Below the pieces are notes generated by a model. It did no database searches, was not told where the DNA came from, and saw only the letters and a program-made list of their open reading frames with translations. From contig CAXXUK010000001.1 in the NCBI GenBank assembly GCA_963665125.2, forward strand, positions 2,944,001 to 3,008,000: a stretch of DNA of 64,000 nt, read 5' to 3'. Shown piece by piece: positions 48,711 through 58,677 of this stretch; within the stretch, counting starts at the first letter, position 1, and every line of letters begins with the position of its first letter. The translations under genes and the position numbers were made by a program. The stretch is from an uncultured Desulfarculus sp. (GTDB taxonomy: Bacteria; Desulfobacterota; Desulfarculia; Desulfarculales; Desulfarculaceae).

Positions 48711-49293
48711 TGTGATCCTCCCATGACCATGGCCGGATCCGAATACCATTGTGGGCCCCGGATGCGCCGGGCTGTTGCCGCCGATGAAGTGACGACTGCC
48801 TGATACGGTTGGTCTACGCCTGGAACAACGACGTATCTCTCCGGCCTTTCTTTCCCAAAAACTCTGTATATAAAGAACTGACGCCTGAGAACCCATGCTT
48901 TGGGCCCGGCCGAGTTTGGTCCATCCATGAAAACACGTGGATCGGCCATGGCGTCTGCTGATGCATATTTGTTTTTACTATAGGCCATTTTTCGGACCAG
49001 TTGGATAGAAAAGTCCGTTTTCAATAGTTGCCCGCGGCATGGGACGCCGGGCACAGTTTGGGCTCATGACCTGTGTCAAAGACCGCGCGGTTGCCTTGTC
49101 AACGTGCATTGAATTACCGGTTTGTTTTACGAAAGGGACCAGGACAAAAGAAAGGGGAAGCGAAAATCACACCGCTCCTAGACTTGGGCCGAGCACAGGC
49201 GCCAAACTTTGGGGTGTGTTGGAAATGTCATGTAATTACAACTTGTTGCGCGGCATTGGCTCTTAAGCGCGGCCTTGGTGTTGGGCGCAACCT

Positions 49294-50622
49294 TCAGTAG
49301 GCCCCTGCCGCGCCCAGGGCCTCCACCGCGCCGAACCACACGGCCAGGGCCACCACGCTGGCGGCCAGGGCCGGAGCGAACAGCCGGTAGCAGCCGCCCA
49401 AGGTGCACGAGAAGTAGTCCCGGCACATCAGCAGGCAGATGTGCACCGGCGAGAGCAATATCCCGAAATAACCGCAGACAAAGGCCAACCCGCCGTGGGC
49501 CAGATAGGCCGCGCCCTCCAGCCCGGAAAACAACGGCACAACCAACGGGAAGCTTGCCGCCACCATGGCAAAGGCAATGCCGCTCATCATGCCGCTGATG
49601 AACGGCAGCAGGCAGATCAGGGCCAGGGTGGGAATGCCGTAGCGGGCCAGTTCCTCCTGAACCTGGGCCACGGCTCCGGATTCGTTCAGAAATGCCTGGA
49701 ACACGATGACGCCCAACACCAGCAGCATCATCTCGCCGGTCATCTTGCGCTTGACGGCCTGCCAAACCTCGGCCCAGCCTAAGTGATCGGACATAGCCGT
49801 CTGCACGCAAGCGGCCACCAGGCCCAACAGCAGGGGAGCGCCCTCGGGCAGCCGCAGTTGCTGGCCCATGGCCTCCGAGGCCAACTCCAACAGGGAGCAC
49901 ACCGGCAGCGCCGCCACAACGATGATTATCGGTGCGGTCTGAGCCAGGAAATCGCGTATGGAACCCTTTGCCCCCGGCGTTTCCACGGGCCGGGGCAGGT
50001 CCACCCGGCGCAGCAGGAAAAACCAGCCGAACAGGAAATGACACAGCGCCAGGGGCAGCATGGCCAGAACAAAGGTCCAGGTGGGTATGTCCAACAGCAC
50101 GATGGCCAGGATCACGCCGGGATAAAGGGGCCACCAATATTCGCCGTGGTGCCGGAACCAATAATTGATGGTGGCCAGCATGGGGCCCTGGCCCGTTTCG
50201 TCGCGCCACTGGGGGCTGGCCGCCTCCACCATGGGCGCCGAGAACAGCGCCCCGCCGGGCATTGGCAACAGGCCGATCAGCGAAGGCATCACCGCGGCCA
50301 CCGCGACTGGCGAATGCACCAGCAGGCTGAAGCTGTCGACAATGCGCTGCAACCGGCCCGATATCTGCATCAACCGGCTGAGGATCATGATCAACAGCAC
50401 CAGAATTGCCAGGCGCAAGGTCAGGGGCGCGGCAATGGCGTCGGCCAGCACGGCGGGCACCTGTTCATACCCGGTGCCAACCCACAGGGCCAGCAGCGGT
50501 CCGCCCAGGCCAAGGGCGATGCCGAGGTTGATCTTAAGGCGTCCGGCCAACAGCACGGCGCAAAAGCAGACCAGAACCTTGACCAACGCCGGCCAGGCCA
50601 TGGGGTCAAACAGGGCTGTCAA
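49294..50622 (-). CDS. DUF401 family membrane protein (putative transporter)
   Basis: IGLLPMPGGALFSAPMV, NYWFRH..E..WPLYPG and SPVHIC motifs. Confidence 0.88.
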   Translation of the reverse strand: MTALFDPMAWPALVKVLVCFCAVLLAGRLKINLGIALGLGGPLLALWVGTGYEQVPAVLADAIAAPLTLRLAILVLLIMILSRLMQISGRLQRIVDSFSLLVHSPVAVAAVMPSLIGLLPMPGGALFSAPMVEAASPQWRDETGQGPMLATINYWFRHHGEYWWPLYPGVILAIVLLDIPTWTFVLAMLPLALCHFLFGWFFLLRRVDLPRPVETPGAKGSIRDFLAQTAPIIIVVAALPVCSLLELASEAMGQQLRLPEGAPLLLGLVAACVQTAMSDHLGWAEVWQAVKRKMTGEMMLLVLGVIVFQAFLNESGAVAQVQEELARYGIPTLALICLLPFISGMMSGIAFAMVAASFPLVVPLFSGLEGAAYLAHGGLAFVCGYFGILLSPVHICLLMCRDYFSCTLGGCYRLFAPALAASVVALAVWFGAVEALGAAGAY

Positions 50623-52364
50623 TGGATGGTTTTCCCGGAATTGGAAGACTTGCCCAGGCCGTTGCGGCCCAGGGATTGGCCCAGCCGCTTCATGTCGGCC
50701 GAGATCTTTTGCAGACGATGGGCCACCGGATCGACGGTGCGGCGCATTTCATCAAGACATAAACAGAGCTGGCGGCCGACTTCCTCCACGGGCAAGGACC
50801 TGTTGGCGGCCCAGCAGGCCAGGCGGTGCCGCCTGCGGAAGGCCCGCACCAGGCAGCCCTCCAGCAGGGACGAGAGCATGGGGTCGCCGGCGGCCTGTTC
50901 CGAAAGGGCCACGAAAAGGCCGTCCAGGGCCCGCAGCCACAGCCGCGCGCCGCGGCCCGGCCGGGGCGGTTCGTCGTTCATGGGCGCGGCGGCGCTTTGG
51001 GAAAAGCGCATGGACATGGAGGCGGCGTCACTGAGGGCCACGCCGTATTGATACAGGTCGCCGGGGCCCATGAGCTGTTCACCCTCCAAGGCCCTTATGC
51101 GCATGGGCTGGCCGTTGCCGCCCAAGCGGTCGATGACGTCGCGCAGTTCCATGAAATCGGTGCGGGGCAGTTCCATGCCGCCGGTTGTGTTGAATCCATG
51201 TTTGCCGTAACGCTGCAAGACCCGGCCAAAGGCCCCGGCCGCAGCGGCCTGAACCAGACCGGCGGTTACGAGGCCTCCGGCGGCGCCAGGCATCAACAGG
51301 CTGCCCTCGGGGTCGCACTGGGCCCCGCCGGCCACGATCAGCGGACCGCATCCGGCCAACAAGGCCACCTCGGCCATGCGCGGCAGGGGGTGGTGCTGGG
51401 CCGTAAACCAGCGGGACATGCCCCTCAGCGGGCCAACGGCCATGCCCCGGGGACCCAGACAGACAAACACCGGCCCGCCGTGGGCGGACAAGGTCGGGGC
51501 ATGGGCGGTCTCTTCGGCCACAAGGGGCACCCTGGCGATCCATGGATGGCCGTTATTGCTCAGCGGGCCCTGCATACAGCGGGTGATAACCGCGGCGGTG
51601 GGCAGGATGCCCGCGTCCAGGGTGGCCGACAGGGCGTCGTCGCAGCAAAAAACAGCAGCCCCGGCCAGTTTGCCGGCCAGGGCGTCCAAAGCGGCTTCAA
51701 GTCCTTCGCCGCTGGTCAGCAGCACCGCGGGCGCGCCGCCCAGGCTGCCGGCCAGGGAGGACCAGCCTCCCATGAATCCGGCGTGGACCAGATTGCCCAC
51801 AAGATTTTCAGCCCGCTGGCGCTCGCAATGCAAGGCCTGTTCCCGGGCCTGCATTGCCCGGCCCCAGAGATGATAGAGGCAGGCGCTGGCCCGGCGGCAG
51901 CAGGGATCGTCCATGGGCAGGTGCAGTTGCACCACCTGCACGCTTGAATGCAGAGCCAACTGGGGATTGCGGCTCAGGGCCTCTTCCAGGGAATTCTCTT
52001 CCGGGGCCATCAGGACCAGGTCTTCCTGGCCCAGGTGGTGGCTCAGGTCATGGCGGCCCAGGGCCGTAAGCAGAAGAGCCGCCCTGGGCTCCAGCACGAA
52101 CACCTGGTGCCCCGGCGGCATCTCGGCCAGAAATCCGGCCACCTCGTCAAACAGCCCGCCCCCCAAGACCAGGGTGATTTCGTCTTCCTTGGCCCGGTCC
52201 CCCCGGAGGTCGCGCCTGGCCCCAAGGGGCATGGACCAATATCTTGCGTCGGCCCGCCGGTCGGCGGTCTGCTCGCCAAGCCACCTGGCCACCTCCGGCG
52301 AACAATGGACCAGGGTTTCCAGGTTGCGTTGCAGACGTTCTGCTGAAAACGGAGCAGCCGGCAA
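50619..52364 (-). CDS. MAF/DUF115 (MptE-like) domain protein, divergent
   Basis: LVLGGGL..E, VFVLEP, EN...N, PAVLL..G..L, L..GI.P and GC.P.I..G pattern. Confidence 0.65.
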   Translation of the reverse strand: MPAAPFSAERLQRNLETLVHCSPEVARWLGEQTADRRADARYWSMPLGARRDLRGDRAKEDEITLVLGGGLFDEVAGFLAEMPPGHQVFVLEPRAALLLTALGRHDLSHHLGQEDLVLMAPEENSLEEALSRNPQLALHSSVQVVQLHLPMDDPCCRRASACLYHLWGRAMQAREQALHCERQRAENLVGNLVHAGFMGGWSSLAGSLGGAPAVLLTSGEGLEAALDALAGKLAGAAVFCCDDALSATLDAGILPTAAVITRCMQGPLSNNGHPWIARVPLVAEETAHAPTLSAHGGPVFVCLGPRGMAVGPLRGMSRWFTAQHHPLPRMAEVALLAGCGPLIVAGGAQCDPEGSLLMPGAAGGLVTAGLVQAAAAGAFGRVLQRYGKHGFNTTGGMELPRTDFMELRDVIDRLGGNGQPMRIRALEGEQLMGPGDLYQYGVALSDAASMSMRFSQSAAAPMNDEPPRPGRGARLWLRALDGLFVALSEQAAGDPMLSSLLEGCLVRAFRRRHRLACWAANRSLPVEEVGRQLCLCLDEMRRTVDPVAHRLQKISADMKRLGQSLGRNGLGKSSNSGKTIH

Positions 52365-52515
52365 GTGCGATACCTTTTATTGTTTGGTTGAAAAGCGCTT
52401 TCAAGATTCTACCTTGGCATCGCCTGCCTTTCAACTTTTCACCCAAAATGAAATCGGGCCGCCCTCTTGGACGGCCCGGTCATCGGCGCGATACTTCTGC
52501 TTTTTGGAGGATTAA

Positions 52516-53292
52516 CTAATCCAAAATATTACCATAACGTTTTTTACGGCGATGCAGGGCCAAACCCATCAGCCAGCCGATGATCAATACGCCCGCTCCG
52601 GCCAGGAACCATTTGAGACTTCCCGCAAAGCGCAACGATTCCAACTCGTTGTCTTGTTCGGCAAGCTTTTTGGTCTTTTGCTCCAGTTCGGCCGTCAATT
52701 GGTCGCGCTGTTTTTGCAATGAGACTATGTCGCCGGAGTCCGCGACCAGTTTGTCGTAGCTCTCCTGGGCCGAGGAGGCTTGGTTTTGCGCTTTGGCCAG
52801 GGAGCTTTTCAGGGTGGTGTTTTCGTTTATCAGGGTCTCCAGGCGGTTGTCGCCGCTGGCCAATTGCTTTTTGGTTTCTTCCAGGGAATTGCGCAATGCC
52901 TCCAACTCAGCGACCTTTGCCTTGAGTTCGGCATTTTCCTTGTGCAGGGACTCCATCTTTTCCGCGGTTTCCTGGGCCTGGGGGCTGAGTTCGGCCAGGC
53001 GGAGCACCGCCGGGCGTTCCTCCATCAGGTATCGCTTGAGCAGCCAGCCTTCCTTCCCCTTGGAGGTGCGGACCTTGGCCCAGCCTTCGCTGTTTTCCTG
53101 CAACACCTCAACCCACTCGCCGGTGTTCAACAGGGCGATGATCTTGTTTTCAACGCTGGGGCCGGTGCGGACCGTCAATTGCAGGTTATCGACAATCCAC
53201 ATTTTTTGGGCGGCAAAAGCCGGTGCGGCAAAAAAAATGAAACCAGATACCAGGATGAGGAGGGTTGCTTTAAGGGCAGGAGACGATTTCAT
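52516..53292 (-). CDS. TIGR04211-type SH3 domain protein
   Basis: Signal peptide, VRTGPS..NKII SH3, coiled coil and WFLAGAGV..IGW C-terminal TM. Confidence 0.9.
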   Translation of the reverse strand: MKSSPALKATLLILVSGFIFFAAPAFAAQKMWIVDNLQLTVRTGPSVENKIIALLNTGEWVEVLQENSEGWAKVRTSKGKEGWLLKRYLMEERPAVLRLAELSPQAQETAEKMESLHKENAELKAKVAELEALRNSLEETKKQLASGDNRLETLINENTTLKSSLAKAQNQASSAQESYDKLVADSGDIVSLQKQRDQLTAELEQKTKKLAEQDNELESLRFAGSLKWFLAGAGVLIIGWLMGLALHRRKKRYGNILD

Positions 53293-53479
53293 GCCATTTC
53301 TCCGCAGTCTGTTACGTAGGCCAATTTATGACGTAACCTATCAAGGAAACTGTGTTTTGTCAATGTAGAGCGCCCCTGTGCCATTCTTTTATGCGTACCT
53401 TGTGGTTTGACTGGCCGCTCCAATGAATGATATTTTTTAAGAGAGGTTACATTTCGGACAATCAGAGGACGGAACATCA

Positions 53480-55036
53480 TTGAATCCAACCGAACAGATT
53501 CGAGCTCGTGTACTTATCGTTGACGACGAGGCAGCCAATGTGGAGTTGCTGACCGAACTCTTCCGGATGCACGGCGCAAATACGATTTCAGCCACTGACG
53601 GCAGGACAGCCCTGGAGATCGCCAAGCGGGAAAAACCGGATATGATCCTGCTTGACGTGATGATGCCCGGCATCGACGGTTATGAGGTGTGCCGCCAGCT
53701 GAAAATGGACGAAGCCACCCGCCGCCTGCCCGTTGTAATGATCACCGGCCTGGGCCAGCTCGACGACAAGATCAAGGGGTTGGAGGTGGGGGCCGACGAT
53801 TTCCTGAGCAAGCCCGTCAATGCTGCGGAGTTGCTGACCAGATCGCGTTCCCTGCTCAGGGTCAAGGAGCTCAACGACGAACTGGAAGGCGCCTACCACA
53901 ACCTTGCAGGCATAGCCTCGTTCACCAATGACCTGCTAAGGGAATTCGACCCATATCAGTTCGACATCAACCGAGGCCTCGACGACCTGATGACCTTTAT
54001 GATGGGCCCCGACACCGCCGAAAACCTGCGGCCCGAACGAGTGCTGCTGTTCAACGCGGCCAGGGACGGGCTTTGGGAGGGCTGGGTCTACCACCTGGAA
54101 GACGGCCATGTGCGCCGCCGGGCCCTGCCCATGGGGCTGCCCGATGAGGCCCTGAGGCCCATTTTCAACCACAGCGACGTTTTCGGGGGAACCCTGGAGC
54201 AGATATACACCAACCTTGACCCACTGCAGCGCAACTCCCTGGCTTCGGCCAGCCTTTGGCGCGACCTCGGCCAGCAGCCTCCGGGGCGCAATTTGGTGGC
54301 CTACCGCAGCCCCGGCGTGGCTGTGGTGTCATTGGATACGCCCAAACAAGTCGGCTATTACGACGCCCAGGTGCTCAGCGCCCTGGTGGCCAACATCCAC
54401 ATGTTCCTGCGCACAATCAGCAGCCAGGTCCGCGAAGTGGAGCGCGCCTTCCTCTACACCATCGGAGCCTTGGCCCGGGCCGCGGAAGTCCACGACGAAG
54501 ACACCGGCGATCACATCCTGAGGGTCAATTTATACGCCGAGGCACTGGCCCGCAGTTTGGGCTGCGATGAATCGTTTACTAGGGTGCTCAGCTATTCGGC
54601 ACAGATGCACGACGTGGGCAAGATGCATGTCCACCCGGACATCTTGCGCAAACCCGGTCGGCTCAATGAAACAGAATGGGAAGCGGTAAAGCGTCATACA
54701 GTCTACGGCGCGCGCATCCTGGGCGAAGATCCGCGACTGGCCACGGCCAGGGAATTGGCCCTGAGCCACCACGAAAAATGGGACGGCAGCGGCTACCCCA
54801 AGGGCCTAAGGGGAGAGGAAATCCCCCTGTCGGGCCGCATAACCATGATGGCAGATGTCTACGACGCCCTGCGGTCGGTGCGGCCGTACAAGAAAAGCTT
54901 TGACCACCAGATGTCAGTGAATATCATCCGCCGGGGCGACGACAGGCTCCAGCCTGGCCACTTCGACCCCGATGTCCTGGAAGCGTTCCTGGACAACAAC
55001 CATTTGTTCGATGAGATATACAATACGGGCCGCTGA
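53480..55036 (+). CDS. Response regulator with HD-GYP phosphodiesterase domain
   Basis: REC (VDDE, DVMMP, KP); HDVGK, HHEKWDGSGYP, ADVYDAL and RPYK motifs. Confidence 0.95.
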   Translation: MNPTEQIRARVLIVDDEAANVELLTELFRMHGANTISATDGRTALEIAKREKPDMILLDVMMPGIDGYEVCRQLKMDEATRRLPVVMITGLGQLDDKIKGLEVGADDFLSKPVNAAELLTRSRSLLRVKELNDELEGAYHNLAGIASFTNDLLREFDPYQFDINRGLDDLMTFMMGPDTAENLRPERVLLFNAARDGLWEGWVYHLEDGHVRRRALPMGLPDEALRPIFNHSDVFGGTLEQIYTNLDPLQRNSLASASLWRDLGQQPPGRNLVAYRSPGVAVVSLDTPKQVGYYDAQVLSALVANIHMFLRTISSQVREVERAFLYTIGALARAAEVHDEDTGDHILRVNLYAEALARSLGCDESFTRVLSYSAQMHDVGKMHVHPDILRKPGRLNETEWEAVKRHTVYGARILGEDPRLATARELALSHHEKWDGSGYPKGLRGEEIPLSGRITMMADVYDALRSVRPYKKSFDHQMSVNIIRRGDDRLQPGHFDPDVLEAFLDNNHLFDEIYNTGR

Positions 55037-55044
55037 GAATCTAA

Positions 55045-55074
55045 CGGCCTGGGGCGTATAAACACCCCAGGCCG
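55045..55074. terminator. Hairpin between convergent genes
   Basis: CGGCCTGGGG-N10-CCCCAGGCCG. Confidence 0.6.
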
Positions 55075-55081
55075 ATACAGC

Positions 55082-55816
55082 CTATTTGCCGGCCAGAATC
55101 GCGGCCACCCGGAGGGCGTCCTCGGGCCTGTCCACTTCGGGCGAGTCTTTTTCGGTAATCACGCAACGCATCTTGTAGCCGTATTCCAACACCCTGAGTT
55201 GCTCGAGCTTTTCGATGTTTTCCAGATGCCCGTCGGGCAGCCCGGCGAATACGTCCAAAAACGATTTGCGGAAGATATACACGCCCAAATGCTTGTAGAA
55301 CGTGACCTCGCCGCCGTCCCTGGGGTGGGGCACGGCCAGGCGCGAAAAGTAGATGGCGTCGCCTTTGATGTCCATCACCGTCTTGACATGGTTTGTGTCG
55401 GCGATCTCCTCTGGCCGCTTGATCCTGGTCACCGGCGTGGACACCAAAACGCAGGGATCGGCCAATAGCGGGGCGGCAACCTCGTCGATGACCTCCGGCG
55501 GCAACAGAGGCTGATCGCCCTGCACGTTGACCACCAGTTCATCGGGGCCAAGGCCCAGCTCATTGGCCGCGGCCGCAACCCGGTCGCTGCCGGTGCGCAT
55601 GGGCTGGTCGCTGATGATCACCTTGCCGCCGAATGCCCGCACGGCCTCGGCGATGCGCTCATCGTCGGTGGCCACGGCCACTGTCTCGACGCCCTTGGCC
55701 TGGCTCACCTGTTCCATGACCCGCCGCACCATGGGCTTGCCGCCGATATCCACCAGCGGTTTGCCGGGAAAACGGCTGGAGCCGTAACGGGACGGGATTA
55801 TTACATGGATGGCCAC
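55082..55816 (-). CDS. kdsB: 3-deoxy-manno-octulosonate cytidylyltransferase
   Basis: IPSRYGSSRFPGKPL, ATDDERI, GSDR, NVQGDQP and EKLEQLR motifs; GTG start. Confidence 0.95.
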   Translation of the reverse strand: MAIHVIIPSRYGSSRFPGKPLVDIGGKPMVRRVMEQVSQAKGVETVAVATDDERIAEAVRAFGGKVIISDQPMRTGSDRVAAAANELGLGPDELVVNVQGDQPLLPPEVIDEVAAPLLADPCVLVSTPVTRIKRPEEIADTNHVKTVMDIKGDAIYFSRLAVPHPRDGGEVTFYKHLGVYIFRKSFLDVFAGLPDGHLENIEKLEQLRVLEYGYKMRCVITEKDSPEVDRPEDALRVAAILAGK

Positions 55817-55820
55817 CGGG

Positions 55821-57017
55821 TTACATCTCCGCCGCGGCCTTGGCCACGGCCTGGCGCATGGCCTCGATCTTGGCGTCATCCCAGCCCAGCATGATCTGCC
55901 AACTCAGGCAGCGGTCCAAAAGGGCCTTGGTCTGGGGCAGGGCGTCGGAGTCGTACTTGAGCGGGCCGCCGTCTTCGCGGGTGAAAGGCCAGCCGTTTTT
56001 CATATTGGTGGCCCCGGCGTGCAGGTGCTCCCAGTTGGTGTAGGAGTGCCAGGTGTTGACGCCCCAGGGCACCGCTCCCTGACCGGCCCCGGCCAGCACG
56101 GCGTTGAATTTCTTGGCCGCTTCGGGGCTTTCCAGGAACCAGCTGACAAACGTGGCCGAGTCGCCGGCCTCGTCGGGCACCTGGCGCAGGGTGATGCCCA
56201 GAACCTGGGCCAGCGCCTCTTTGAGGGCGGCCTTGGTCTGGCGGTATTTATCGACCATGGCCGGCAGCTTTTTGAGCTGGACCAGGCCGATGGCGCCCTG
56301 CAGTTCCATCATGCGGAAGTTGTTGCCGATGAACCGGCGGCCTTCGTTGCCCCGGCCCACGGGCTTGTGGTCGTGGCCGTGGTCCTGGTATTCGCTGGCG
56401 CAACGCCACAGATCTTCGTCGTCGGTGATGACCATGCCGCCTTCGCCGGTGGTCAGGGTTTTGACCGCGTCAAAGCTGAAGGTGCCGACCTTGCCGATGG
56501 TGCCCAGGTGCTTGCCGTTCAGGAAGCCGCCGGCGCTCTGGGCCGTGTCTTCCAGCACGGGGATGCCCTTGGCGTCGGCAATGGCCTTGATTTCGTTGAT
56601 CCGGGCCTGGGAACCCATCATATGCACCGGCACGATGCATTTGGTGCGCTCGGTGATCTTTTTCTTCAGATCGTCCGGGTCCAGGCACAGGGTTTCGTCC
56701 ACTTCGCAGAACACGGGAACCGCGCCGGTGTCCAGGATGGCTTCCCAGGTGGCCACGAAGGTAAAGCCCTGGGTGATGACCTCGTCGCCGGCCCCCACGC
56801 CCAGGGCGGACAGGGCCACCTTCAGGGCCGCAGTGCCCGAGGTGACGGCCTGGGCGTATTTGGCGCCGGTGAATTCGGCGAATGCCTGCTCAAACTCGCG
56901 CACGCGCCAATTGCCGCCGCGCTGATCGGCAAATTCGTAACGGAACAGCACACCACGGTCCATGACGTCGACAACAGCGTCTTTTTCCTCTTGGCCCAAC
57001 CATTCGAATCCAGGCAT
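55821..57017 (-). CDS. kdnA: DegT/DnrJ aminotransferase, KdnA-like (Kdo8N transaminase)
   Basis: MPGFE..G.EEK, FRY.F...R, SFDAVK, DHGHDH and N.WH...NW.H motifs; directly upstream of kdsB. Confidence 0.75.
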   Translation of the reverse strand: MPGFEWLGQEEKDAVVDVMDRGVLFRYEFADQRGGNWRVREFEQAFAEFTGAKYAQAVTSGTAALKVALSALGVGAGDEVITQGFTFVATWEAILDTGAVPVFCEVDETLCLDPDDLKKKITERTKCIVPVHMMGSQARINEIKAIADAKGIPVLEDTAQSAGGFLNGKHLGTIGKVGTFSFDAVKTLTTGEGGMVITDDEDLWRCASEYQDHGHDHKPVGRGNEGRRFIGNNFRMMELQGAIGLVQLKKLPAMVDKYRQTKAALKEALAQVLGITLRQVPDEAGDSATFVSWFLESPEAAKKFNAVLAGAGQGAVPWGVNTWHSYTNWEHLHAGATNMKNGWPFTREDGGPLKYDSDALPQTKALLDRCLSWQIMLGWDDAKIEAMRQAVAKAAAEM

Positions 57018-57149
57018 GTCTTTCTCCTAAAAAAAGCGGCGGCGGCAAGTTTTCCGCCATCCGGTGTATGGCTTTGTGTTGAAGTGTATTTTTACAAGAG
57101 CGCGGCTTCGGCACCAAGGCAAATCTTGGGGCAAACCGGTCCAGGTGGA

Positions 57150-58223
57150 TCAGCTCTCCAAATCGGCCTCTTCCTCGGCCTCGCGTGCGGCCTTTTTGCG
57201 CTCGGTGGCGGCGACCATCCAGATAGATATTTCGTAGAGCAGGCAAAGAGGAACGGCCATCAGACACTGGGTGACCGGGTCTGGCGGCGTGAAGAACGCG
57301 CCCACAACGAACATGATCAAAATGGCGTACTTGCGCTTCTTGCGTAGGGCCTTGGAGGTGACTATCCCCAGTCGCCCCATGAAAATCAGCACCAGGGGCA
57401 TTTCGAAGATCACGCCGAAGGCTATGAGGAGGGTGCTGACGAACGAGAGGTAGTTGCGCATGGTGAACTGGGCCTTGATGGTCAGTTCGCCGGGCGCGGT
57501 GCGCTCCAGCTTACCCGAGGCGAACATGACCAGGGCCTTTTCCAGTACATCGTCTTCGATCTTTTTTATCAGCGAATCCCGGTCGCCCTGGGGCAGCTTG
57601 ATGATCACCTCGGCCCCGCCGGACTTGGTCAGTTGATCCTTTACTTCCTGATGTACGAAACCCCGGAACGAAGCCGCGTCCTGCTGCATGACGGCCGCGT
57701 CCTGGGCGCCCTGGCCCGTCTCGAAACTGCGCAGGAACTGGAAGGCATAGGGGAAAACGATCATGAAACAGAAAATGGCCCCGCCGATGAACAGCACCGA
57801 CGAACTGAGCACAAATGGCCAGGCCATGCGGCGTTCGCGCTTGTAGAGCCCCGGCGCGATAAACCGCCAAAGCTGGTAAAAGATCCACGGCGCACTGATG
57901 ACTATGGCCGCCAGGAAGGAAACCTTGATGTAGGTAAAGAACGCCTCGGTGGGGTCCAGGTAGATTAGCTCCACGCCCTTGGGCACGGCCTTGATCAGCG
58001 GCTCGGTCAGAAACCGATAGATATCTTCCTTGAAAAAATAGGCCCCGATGAAGCAGATCAGAAGGCCGTAGCCTATGCGGATCAGCCGGACGCGCAGCTC
58101 GTCCAGGTGGTCCATGAAAGACATCTGGGTGTGGGCCAGTTCGTCCTCGGGCTTGTCGGCGTCTTTGAAGGCCTCGAAGTCTTCTTCGGGCTGGGCGGAG
58201 TTATTATCTTCCAGTTCAGGCAT
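57150..58223 (-). CDS. tatC: Twin-arginine translocase subunit TatC
   Basis: HLDELR.RL, YQLWRFIAPGLY..E, FEMP and TPPD motifs. Confidence 0.97.
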   Translation of the reverse strand: MPELEDNNSAQPEEDFEAFKDADKPEDELAHTQMSFMDHLDELRVRLIRIGYGLLICFIGAYFFKEDIYRFLTEPLIKAVPKGVELIYLDPTEAFFTYIKVSFLAAIVISAPWIFYQLWRFIAPGLYKRERRMAWPFVLSSSVLFIGGAIFCFMIVFPYAFQFLRSFETGQGAQDAAVMQQDAASFRGFVHQEVKDQLTKSGGAEVIIKLPQGDRDSLIKKIEDDVLEKALVMFASGKLERTAPGELTIKAQFTMRNYLSFVSTLLIAFGVIFEMPLVLIFMGRLGIVTSKALRKKRKYAILIMFVVGAFFTPPDPVTQCLMAVPLCLLYEISIWMVAATERKKAAREAEEEADLES

Positions 58224-58650
58224 CGGCCTTCTTCTGGGCGCCGGGTTCCGCCGGGGGAGCTGACGGGGTTTGTTCGGCCTTGTCCGCGGCTTGCGTGGTC
58301 TGTTGGGCCTGCTCGGCCTGGGTATGTTCGGCTTCGATGGCGTCCATGACCTGGGCCCGGCCGCTGATATCCACGGTGGGCTCCTTGGGCTCCAGCTTGG
58401 GCGCGTCGCTGTCGAGCAGATTGCGAGGACTCATGGCGTCGACGGTTTGCTTGAAATCGTCGCGAATGTTCTGCACGTCCTTGAAAGTCTCGTTTTCGTT
58501 TATCTGGCTTTTGATCTCATCGGTGGCCTTGCGGAATTCGCTGAGGCCCTTGCCCAGGCCCTTGGCGATATCGGGCAGCTTGCGCGGACCGACAACGATC
58601 AAGGCGACAACCAAGATGATCAGCAGCTCTGGCATGCCAATGCCGAACAT
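58216..58650 (-). CDS. tatB: Twin-arginine translocase subunit TatB/TatA
   Basis: MFGIGMPELLIILVVALIVVGP.KLP; long charged tail; upstream of tatC. Confidence 0.85.
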   Translation of the reverse strand: MFGIGMPELLIILVVALIVVGPRKLPDIAKGLGKGLSEFRKATDEIKSQINENETFKDVQNIRDDFKQTVDAMSPRNLLDSDAPKLEPKEPTVDISGRAQVMDAIEAEHTQAEQAQQTTQAADKAEQTPSAPPAEPGAQKKADA

Positions 58651-58677
58651 ATAGTCCTCCCAGGGAGTTGCGAAAGT

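Noticed and set aside
11836..55036. A dedicated c-di-GMP system (GGDEF, PilZ, HD-GYP)
   Set aside because: Genes are tens of kb apart and unlinked; such genes are common in this kind of genome
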